A DNA stretch of 64,000 bases from contig JAFSIW010000048.1 in the NCBI GenBank assembly GCA_017439545.1, positions 33,244 through 97,243 of the forward strand. Reading direction: 5' to 3'. Shown piece by piece: positions 57,589 to 64,000 of the stretch; positions within the stretch are counted from its first letter, which is position 1; each line of letters opens with the position of its first letter. The position numbers and the translations under genes were made by a program. The stretch is from Clostridia bacterium. Lineage in GTDB: Bacteria > Bacillota > Clostridia > Oscillospirales > Acutalibacteraceae. The notes beneath the pieces are model-generated. The model made no database searches. It had not been told where the DNA came from and saw only the letters and a program-made list of their open reading frames with translations.

Positions 57589-59448
57589 TTATAATCCTTG
57601 CTCACATTGACCCGATTGGCGCACCAGATCAAAGAAGGTATAGGTATCCACGTACTCGTAGTCATACTCGGGATTCTGCTCTTTAGCGTATGCCAAGAAG
57701 CGGTCTACCAGACGCTTTACGTCGCTGGGGCTGTCGCACACGTAGCGAAAGCCGGCAAAATTATAGTCCTTCATTCGGCCGAAGATGTGGTTATACATGG
57801 CCTTGGCAGAATTCTCATAGGCGTGAGGCTTCCCGCTCACCCCGTTATGCAGGTAGATAAAGGGCACGCCGTTGTAGCTTGCCATGGTGGTGTTGGCGCA
57901 GTTGTGGAAGTTGCCCACGGGCGAAAATTGGGCAAAGGTCTTCATGATCTCGGTGGTCATGGGATAATGCCCGTTGATGATGAAACCGGTATTATCCAGA
58001 TCAAACTTATCATAATAATAAGCACAATGCTCCGCCCATTTTTGCGAACCGTCGGGCAGTTCACGCAGGGAACAGCTCTCATACAACGCTGCAGGGATCA
58101 CGTAGCCTGCGCCCGTATCCCCCGCCGAGAAAAAGTCGTTGTCGGTCATTTCTTCGTGGATGTAGTCAAACACCATAGGCGCCCGCTCGGACAAATTGGG
58201 GTTAAAAGCCCAGTTGATGGGCAAGGTGCCCCGCACAGGGTCGTTCCAGAAGTTTTTCACGTGTTGTTTCAGCCAAGCCGCCGAGTCATAGTCACCGCCG
58301 TAGAAGGTAAAGTACTTGGTTTTGTTGTTAAATACCTTTTTTTCTTTGGGACGGGGATTTTGATACCGTTCAAAGTTGCTTTGATATTGACAATAGAAGG
58401 AAGCGTTACTCATGGTGCAGGGGTGAGCCGCATCCGCTTCTTTTGCCAGATTATAGGCGGTAACCAATGCCACGTAGGTCCATTCCACCGTGGTGGCTAC
58501 CAAAGAGCCCATCCCGCGGGAGGCGGTATATTTTACCCACCAAGGGGGGAAGCCCAAGATCTGACCGAAAGCACCTTCGGCACGGTCGTACCGACCTTTG
58601 AAGATCATTTTCAAGGTTTCCAGATCGCAACCCAGGGGCTGGTCGGGATCGTCACAAGGACGCTCAACATCCACACAGGTCAAATCAAAGAAGAAGCAAC
58701 GGCGGGTAAGATAATAGTCGTGGTTATATAAGCAGTTGTAGGCGGAATCGGGCGCGTTCTTTTCAAACACCGTACCGGGAACACAGCCTGCGCCGTCTAA
58801 GATATAGGCGATATAGCGGGAGGAGCACCGATGAAAATAGTTGTCATACGCCCAGCGATAGGCATCGTTTTTGGCACTGCCGCAAGACACAAAGCCGTTT
58901 TGATACACACTGCCGTCTTTGCCGAACATTCCCACAAGGGATTGCTTGACCGCTACCCCTTTTTGTTGCAGATAAGCGGCAAAGCTGTCGGCTTCATCGG
59001 TATACCGCACGGGCAAAGGACCTTCCAATCCGCAAACGGTTGCCGCCACGTTGGCGGTGGCAGGAACAGACTGATCCCACCAAATGATGCCGCATTGGGC
59101 AATTTGAGGAGCAAACAGTTCCGTAAATTCATCGATATTTTTCACGGGAAGCAATGCCATTCCGTGGAAGGACTTGTTCTCGCTCATGGTGTAGTCCAGC
59201 CAAAACTTGTCCGACTCGGTCACGTCAAGATAGATCAAGGATTGATGGGTTTTGCCGTAATCCCGATTCACAAGCCCTTGCAGGCTGACCACAAAACGGG
59301 TCACGTCCTTATTATAAATAGGAGCCATTCCCTCAAAAAAGGTTTGATCAATATAATAAATGGTATTGGGTTGCAGACCATCGGTCACGATCTGAAAGGA
59401 TTCATCCGCCGAATGATCGGGCTGAATGGTATACTTCAATTTTTCCAT
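57589..59448 (-). CDS. P6: cytoplasmic paralogue consisting of the core only (no signal peptide, no dockerin)
   Basis: MEKLKYTIQPDHSADESFQIVTDGLQPNTIYY... starts directly at the core. It has an AGGAGGAA RBS and retains NHDYYLTRRCFFFDL, GFPPWWVKY, GDYDSAAWLK, NPNLSERAP and GAGYVIP. Confidence 0.8.
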   Translation of the reverse strand: MEKLKYTIQPDHSADESFQIVTDGLQPNTIYYIDQTFFEGMAPIYNKDVTRFVVSLQGLVNRDYGKTHQSLIYLDVTESDKFWLDYTMSENKSFHGMALLPVKNIDEFTELFAPQIAQCGIIWWDQSVPATANVAATVCGLEGPLPVRYTDEADSFAAYLQQKGVAVKQSLVGMFGKDGSVYQNGFVSCGSAKNDAYRWAYDNYFHRCSSRYIAYILDGAGCVPGTVFEKNAPDSAYNCLYNHDYYLTRRCFFFDLTCVDVERPCDDPDQPLGCDLETLKMIFKGRYDRAEGAFGQILGFPPWWVKYTASRGMGSLVATTVEWTYVALVTAYNLAKEADAAHPCTMSNASFYCQYQSNFERYQNPRPKEKKVFNNKTKYFTFYGGDYDSAAWLKQHVKNFWNDPVRGTLPINWAFNPNLSERAPMVFDYIHEEMTDNDFFSAGDTGAGYVIPAALYESCSLRELPDGSQKWAEHCAYYYDKFDLDNTGFIINGHYPMTTEIMKTFAQFSPVGNFHNCANTTMASYNGVPFIYLHNGVSGKPHAYENSAKAMYNHIFGRMKDYNFAGFRYVCDSPSDVKRLVDRFLAYAKEQNPEYDYEYVDTYTFFDLVRQSGQCEQGL

Positions 59449-59479
59449 ACAAGTTCCTCCTACCTGTCAAAAGGCTAAA

Positions 59480-59545
59480 TTGACCGGTTTGAGTCCGGTC
59501 AACTTACTCTATTTTCAATTATACCGACAGAAAAAAACAAGTCAA
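59480..59545 (-). promoter_or_regulatory. Promoter of P6 plus a leader palindrome
   Basis: Minus strand: TTGACT (59545-59540), 16-nt spacer, TATAAT (59523-59518). Downstream lies the perfect inverted repeat TTGACCGG-N7-CCGGTCAA (59480-59502), between the promoter and the RBS. Confidence 0.6.
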
Positions 59546-59576
59546 TAAAATTTTTCAAAAATTTGTAAAAAACCTC

Positions 59577-59609
59577 TTGACGGTCACGTGACCGTGTGAT
59601 ATAATCACA
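59577..59609 (+). promoter_or_regulatory. Near-consensus promoter of the DUF1836-nfeD-flotillin operon with two embedded palindromes
   Basis: TTGACG (59577-59582), 17-nt spacer, TATAAT (59600-59605) with an extended -10 TG. The spacer contains the perfect palindrome GGTCACGTGACC (59582-59593). TGTGAT-ATA-ATCACA (59595-59609) straddles the -10 element. Confidence 0.7.
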
Positions 59610-59631
59610 GTGACGATGAGAGGTGAATGCA

Positions 59632-60183
59632 ATGAAAGACTATCTTCCCGGCACCACCCTGGAGACCGATTGGAGCAGTCCCGATCCGTTGAGCGTACTG
59701 GACGCAGTATTCTCGGCAGGCGGTCTGGTTTTATCGCAGGTCTCCCGCTTGACAGGGCTGGAGCCACATACGGTGCAAAATTGGGTCAAACGCGGATTTT
59801 GCTCATCCCCTGTGGCCAAACAGTATTCCATTCGGCAGTTTTGCCGTTTGGTTACCATTAATCTGCTCAAAGACAGTCTTTCGCTGCCTCAAATTACCGA
59901 TATGCTGTCCTACATCAACAATTCGCTGGCCGACGAGTCGGACGATGCCATTGGTGATGATCAGTTGTATCGGTATTTCGTCACAATTTTACAGCAGTTG
60001 GAGCATACGGCTCTGTCAGATGACCAATTGACCGCCACGGTGCAATCGGTCATCAAGGACTACCGAGAGCCTTATACCGGTGCCGCCAAACGGTTGGAGC
60101 GTGTTCTCATCGTCATGGTTACCGCTTACTTTGCCACCCGTTTGCAGACCCGTGCGCAACGGCTGCTGCAGAATTTAGATTAG
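59632..60183 (+). CDS. DUF1836-family protein (putative HTH-containing)
   Basis: LSQVSRLTGLEPHTVQNWVKRGFCSSPVAKQYSIRQFCRLVTINLLKDSLSLPQI fits the DUF1836 pattern (T...NYVK.G..P.P..K.Y....L..L..I..LK..LS...I). ATG 59632 lies 6 nt after a GAGAGGTG RBS. Confidence 0.6.
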   Translation: MKDYLPGTTLETDWSSPDPLSVLDAVFSAGGLVLSQVSRLTGLEPHTVQNWVKRGFCSSPVAKQYSIRQFCRLVTINLLKDSLSLPQITDMLSYINNSLADESDDAIGDDQLYRYFVTILQQLEHTALSDDQLTATVQSVIKDYREPYTGAAKRLERVLIVMVTAYFATRLQTRAQRLLQNLD

Positions 60184-60194
60184 GAGTGATACTT

Positions 60195-60851
60195 ATGGTC
60201 CAATGGTGGCAATCCCTTACCCTCGCCCAAGAGATTTTTGCGTACGTTGCCATACCCGCCACCCTACTGCTGATCATACAAACCGTTTTGCTGTTGTTGG
60301 GACTGGGCGATCACGACATGGACACCGACGCCTCAACGCCCGATCACGATTTCTCGTTTGATCACGACGCCCACATAGAGCTGTCTGACGGTCACGACGG
60401 CGTTTTCGGAGAGGATCATCCCGATGATGTGTTTCACGGCGACAGCGGTCTGCGGCTGTTTACCCTACGGGGATTGGTTGCCTTTTTTGCGGTGCTGGGT
60501 TGGACCGGTCTGACCCTGTTGCGGCAAAACGTATCGTTACCCCTTTCGGTGGGCATCGCCGTTGCGGCAGGTCTCATTGCTTTGGTATTGGTGGCACTGG
60601 TAATGCGCTGGTTTTACAAAAGTCAAAACAGCGGCAATATGGAACTGCGCAACGCCTTGGGGGTATCGGGCACAGTATACATTACCATTCCCCCTGCCCG
60701 ACAAGGTCAGGGTAAGATCAATCTGGTACTGCAAAATCAGTACTCCGAACTGTCGGCGGTTACCGACAATGAAACACCTATTTTATCAGGCACCGAGGTG
60801 ACGGTGGTGGGAATCTCCGGCATCAACACCTTGGTTGTGAAACCCAAATAA
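60195..60851 (+). CDS. NfeD-like membrane protein (YuaF/YqiJ type)
   Basis: It has TM segments, an acidic His/Asp-rich loop and a C-terminal OB-like NfeD domain (GTVYITIPPARQGQGKINLVLQNQYSELSAVT...GTEVTVVGISG). It lies immediately upstream of flotillin, as in yuaF-floT. ATG is at 60195. Confidence 0.75.
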   Translation: MVQWWQSLTLAQEIFAYVAIPATLLLIIQTVLLLLGLGDHDMDTDASTPDHDFSFDHDAHIELSDGHDGVFGEDHPDDVFHGDSGLRLFTLRGLVAFFAVLGWTGLTLLRQNVSLPLSVGIAVAAGLIALVLVALVMRWFYKSQNSGNMELRNALGVSGTVYITIPPARQGQGKINLVLQNQYSELSAVTDNETPILSGTEVTVVGISGINTLVVKPK

Positions 60852-60875
60852 ATTTTGTATGGAGGAAAATGAAGT

Positions 60876-62303
60876 ATGGAACCGATTATTTTGGTATGTG
60901 TTATTGTTTTGATTTTGTTTTCTCTGTTGTTATTACTGCTCACCCGATACAAAAAATGTCCGTCGGATAAAATCATGGTCATTTACGGTCAGGTCGGGCA
61001 AAATAAAGACGGCACCAATCGTTCCGCCAAATGTATTCACGGTGGCGCCGCTTTCGTTCTGCCGGTCATTCAGGCCTATGAGTTTTTGGATCTGACCCCT
61101 ATTTCTATTTCGGTGGATCTGAAAAACGCGCTGTCCCGTCAGAACATCCGCATTGACGTTCCTTCCCGTTTTACGGTTGGGATCTCCACCGAGCCGGGCA
61201 TTATGCAAAATGCCGCCGAACGGTTGTTGGGATTGAAACTTACCGAAATTCAAGAACTGTCCCGCGATATTATTTTCGGTCAGTTGCGTTTGATCATTGC
61301 CACCATGGACATTGAAGAGATCAATGCCGACCGTGACAAATTCTTGGAAGCGGTCAGCCGCAACGTAGAAAGCGAATTGAAAAAGATCGGTCTGCGGCTG
61401 ATCAACGTAAACGTTACCGACATTACCGACGAATCGGGCTACATTGCCTCGCTTGGTAAAGAAGCCGCCGCCAAAGCCATCAACGATGCCAAAAAGAGCG
61501 TGGCTGAGCAAGACCGTGACGGTTCTATCGGTGAAGCCAATGCCAATATGACCGAGCGTGTGCAGGTGTCAGAAGCCAACTCCAGAGCCATCGAGGGCGA
61601 AAACGCCGCCAAAATGGCCATTGCTATGTCCAACGCCTCTCTGCGGGAAAAAGAAGCAGAAGCCTTGCGCATTGCCACCACCGCAGAAAAAATTCAAGCG
61701 GCCAAAGCCTTGGAAGAAGCCTATGCCGCCGAGCAAGAAGCCGAAACCGCCCGTAGCGCCAGAGAAAAAGCCACGTTGGAAGCCGACGTAATTATCGGTG
61801 CGGAAATTGAAAAGCGGAAGATCGAATTGGCCGCCGAAGCCGAAGCGGAGCAGATCCGCCGCAAGGCAAAGGGTGACGCCGACGCCATCTACGCCAAAAT
61901 GGCCGCCGAAGCCAAGGGTATGGAAGAGATCCTCACCCGTCAGGCCGCCGGTTTTGAAAAGATCGTAGCCGCCGCAGGCGGGGATGCCAACGCCGCTTTG
62001 AAACTGATGATCGCCGACAAATTGGAAGATCTGATGCGGGTACAAGTGGATGCCATTAAGAACATCAAGATCGACAAGGTCACCGTATGGGACGGCGGCA
62101 ACGGCAAAGACGGTAAAAGTTCTACCGCCAACTTTTTGTCGGGATTGATGCAATCGGTGCCTCCCTTACAAGAGGTATTTGATATGGCAGGCATGGAACT
62201 GCCCGAAATTTTAGGCAAGAAAAAAGAAGAACTGACCGCACCCGTGCAAGAAGAAATCCCCGACGAAGTGCAAGAGCCCGTAGCCCCCGAAGCCGAAGAA
62301 TAA
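60876..62303 (+). CDS. floT: Flotillin (SPFH/Band-7 domain, FloT/YuaG-like)
   Basis: It has an N-terminal hairpin anchor, an SPFH domain, and a long Ala/Glu-rich flotillin coiled coil (EAEALRIATTAEKIQAAKALEEAYAAEQEAE...). Confidence 0.88.
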   Translation: MEPIILVCVIVLILFSLLLLLLTRYKKCPSDKIMVIYGQVGQNKDGTNRSAKCIHGGAAFVLPVIQAYEFLDLTPISISVDLKNALSRQNIRIDVPSRFTVGISTEPGIMQNAAERLLGLKLTEIQELSRDIIFGQLRLIIATMDIEEINADRDKFLEAVSRNVESELKKIGLRLINVNVTDITDESGYIASLGKEAAAKAINDAKKSVAEQDRDGSIGEANANMTERVQVSEANSRAIEGENAAKMAIAMSNASLREKEAEALRIATTAEKIQAAKALEEAYAAEQEAETARSAREKATLEADVIIGAEIEKRKIELAAEAEAEQIRRKAKGDADAIYAKMAAEAKGMEEILTRQAAGFEKIVAAAGGDANAALKLMIADKLEDLMRVQVDAIKNIKIDKVTVWDGGNGKDGKSSTANFLSGLMQSVPPLQEVFDMAGMELPEILGKKKEELTAPVQEEIPDEVQEPVAPEAEE

Positions 62304-62307
62304 ACCA

Positions 62308-62341
62308 AAAGCGGGTGGCGTAAAACACCCCACCCGCTTTT
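62308..62341 (+). terminator. Rho-independent terminator after flotillin
   Basis: Stem AAAGCGGGTGG / CCACCCGCTTT followed by T. It lies immediately before the RBS of the next gene, so termination may be partial. Confidence 0.65.
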
Positions 62342-62352
62342 CAGGAGTGCCT

Positions 62353-63174
62353 ATGAAACTATTTATCAACAAACTTTGGTGGTTGATCTTGACCGCCATC
62401 GGCTATGGGATTCTCTGCTTTATTCTGGAACTTCCCCTTGCCACGGTGGTATACGCCATCATAGACAAAGAGGATCCCTCGCTGTTATCCTTGGTCACCC
62501 TTTGCGTCAGCGCCGTGCTGATGATAATCCTCATCTACCAAAAGCGTTTGCGCAACGACCCCAAGCGGCGGGAATATCTGACCGACGTGCATCGGCAATA
62601 CGGCAGTTTGAAAAAGGATTGCCTGTATATCCTCCGCTCCCGTGAGTTTCAAGCCGAAGCCATTGTTTTGTCCCTTCCCGTCATCGCCTTTATCGTCTAT
62701 TGCTGCACCGTTCCTTTCATCGTCGACGTGGATTACGCTCTGTGGATCAAGATTCTATGGATATTGCTTTGCATCACAGGCGGCGGTCTGGCCGTTTCTC
62801 TGCTTTGGGCAGGGCGACTGTTGATGCACAATCGGGCCCATCGGGTATGGATCGACGATCTGATCGTTCCCGATCAAACCGAGGAAGCCATGGAGCTTGC
62901 CCGTAAAAAGGCATCTATGAAACGGAACATTGCCTTTCAATTCGGCTTTTCGGCGCTGTTCTTTGTGCTGTACGCCCTCAACACCTACGCCGTCACCTTT
63001 GCGGTGGTAGTCACCCCGCCCATTTTTGTGTATACCCAAGTGCAGGGCATTATGGGAATCATTCATCTGCGAAACATTGATCAGCCCTACAAAAAATTCG
63101 TCCGTTTGCAGATCATTGCCTTTGCGGTATACGTGGGGTCTCTGCTGTTCGGTGCCTTTTCTCCCAAAATATAG
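62353..63174 (+). CDS. Polytopic membrane protein of unknown function
   Basis: It has at least six predicted TM segments. ATG 62353 lies 6 nt after an AGGAG RBS. I recognise no motif. Confidence 0.6.
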   Translation: MKLFINKLWWLILTAIGYGILCFILELPLATVVYAIIDKEDPSLLSLVTLCVSAVLMIILIYQKRLRNDPKRREYLTDVHRQYGSLKKDCLYILRSREFQAEAIVLSLPVIAFIVYCCTVPFIVDVDYALWIKILWILLCITGGGLAVSLLWAGRLLMHNRAHRVWIDDLIVPDQTEEAMELARKKASMKRNIAFQFGFSALFFVLYALNTYAVTFAVVVTPPIFVYTQVQGIMGIIHLRNIDQPYKKFVRLQIIAFAVYVGSLLFGAFSPKI

Positions 63175-63213
63175 AAAAAGAGTTGTGAGTTTCTTTGGCT
63201 CACAACTCTTTTT
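63175..63213. terminator. Bidirectional terminator
   Basis: Perfect 15-bp stem AAAAAGAGTTGTGAG / CTCACAACTCTTTTT between convergent genes. Confidence 0.8.
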
Positions 63214-63214
63214 A

Positions 63215-64000
63215 TTAAAACCGAATACGGTCGATCTTAAACACCGCAAAGGTGTTTTCAAATTCCTGCGCTACCATGCTTTCCACCTCTCGACGCAGTT
63301 GGCTTTCGGATTTTTTGGATTCCACCGGCATTTCTAAATCAAAAATATAATTGGTATGAGTGGGACCCACCACCATGCGAAAATCGTGAATAGAAACCGT
63401 TTCGTCTACGTTTTTCAGGCAACTGATCAGTTTCTTTTTGGCGGCATCCACCTTTTGGTTGTTGACCTCTACCGGATCCATGTGGATGGTGGTCTCGCAA
63501 TGAAACCGCTCCATAATTTCCATTTCAATGTGGTCAATGGCGTCGTGCAATTCAAAAATATTGCCATCCCCCGGCACCTCGGCGTGAAGAGAGATCATCC
63601 GCCGCCCGGGACCGTAATCGTGAAGAAGCAGGTCGTGAATGCCCACCACCGCATCGTGGGATAATACCACCTCTTTGATCTGACGGATCAATTCAGGGTC
63701 GGGAGATTTGCCAAGCAGTTCCCCCAAGGTATCCTTCACCGACGAAAAGCCTGCATATAAAATCAGCAATGCCACCAGCGCGCCGCACCAACCGTCCAAC
63801 GGCCAATGGGTCACGTAAGATACCACCGTAGAAATAAACACCACCGTAGTGGCAATAGCGTCACTCAAACTGTCGGTGGCGGTGGCAAGCATAGCCGAGG
63901 ACTCGATTTTTTTGCCGATTCCACGGTTATACACCGCCATATAGCATTTAATAACCACCGATGCCGCCAAAATGCCTGCGGTCAGCCACGAAAAGGTCAC
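63215..64000 (-). CDS. Cation diffusion facilitator (CDF) family transporter, C-terminal ~260 aa (N-terminus lies right of the window)
   Basis: The TM region has SDAIATTVVFIS and a PLDGW..ALVALLILYAGF.S segment. The cytoplasmic CTD has VVGIHDLLLHDYGPGRRMISLHAEV. These are typical of the CzcD/FieF family. Confidence 0.85.
   Translation of the reverse strand: MTFSWLTAGILAASVVIKCYMAVYNRGIGKKIESSAMLATATDSLSDAIATTVVFISTVVSYVTHWPLDGWCGALVALLILYAGFSSVKDTLGELLGKSPDPELIRQIKEVVLSHDAVVGIHDLLLHDYGPGRRMISLHAEVPGDGNIFELHDAIDHIEMEIMERFHCETTIHMDPVEVNNQKVDAAKKKLISCLKNVDETVSIHDFRMVVGPTHTNYIFDLEMPVESKKSESQLRREVESMVAQEFENTFAVFKIDRIRF

Noticed and set aside
43070-59448. The paralogue array read as a horizontally acquired genomic island.
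   Set aside because: There are no integrase, transposase or flanking repeats, and no obvious shift in composition or codon usage relative to the neighbouring mreB or flotillin genes. I cannot support a mobility claim from this window.

Overview
This is a 64-kb chromosomal segment at roughly 50% GC (by eye). It is most likely from a Clostridia/Oscillospiraceae-type anaerobic Firmicute. I infer this from a CIRCE operator before groESL, a Cheo-type SOS box before dinB, cdaA-cdaR, the mreBCD-pbp2-minD-mgsA gene order, and Ruminococcus-style dockerins.

About two thirds of the window is ordinary housekeeping:
- RluA-type pseudouridine synthase, maf, rimI, polA, dusB, groES/groEL
- tcdA, dinB, cdaA/cdaR, tRNA-Leu(UAA), mnmG, murC, an orphan ACP, tspO
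- an amino-acid ABC transporter, mgsA, PBP2, mreBCD
- an NfeD-flotillin operon and a CDF transporter
- scattered glycan-use genes: a GH4 enzyme with an AraC regulator, an N-acetylhexosamine 1-kinase, and an AraC regulator with a URO-D-like gene

The unusual part is 43.0-59.5 kb. It holds six tandem minus-strand paralogues of a large, apparently uncharacterised enzyme-like core with a GAGY[VI][IM]P motif that recalls the Pfam GxGYxYP family.
- Five copies carry a signal peptide plus a dockerin. One copy is cytoplasmic.
- The largest copy also carries four tandem ~162-aa CBM-like modules. It is interrupted by a single in-frame TAG at a conserved Tyr codon.

The CBM-like module recurs in two small two-gene cassettes at 1-1442 and 13193-15343. 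Each cassette is a secreted CBM-like protein followed by a TasA/camelysin-like protein with a SipW-type signal peptide.

Other oddities:
- a convergent array of a 9-mer (AGTGATATT) separated by hairpin-forming spacers, lying between two convergent genes
- a 47-bp duplication of the 5' end of tRNA-Leu bracketing a structured 159-bp insert
- a RimI protein fused to a catalytically degenerate LMW-phosphatase-like domain

No mobile-element genes, CRISPR arrays, rRNA genes or recognisable defence systems were seen. All product calls rest on motif recognition by eye. No database search was possible.
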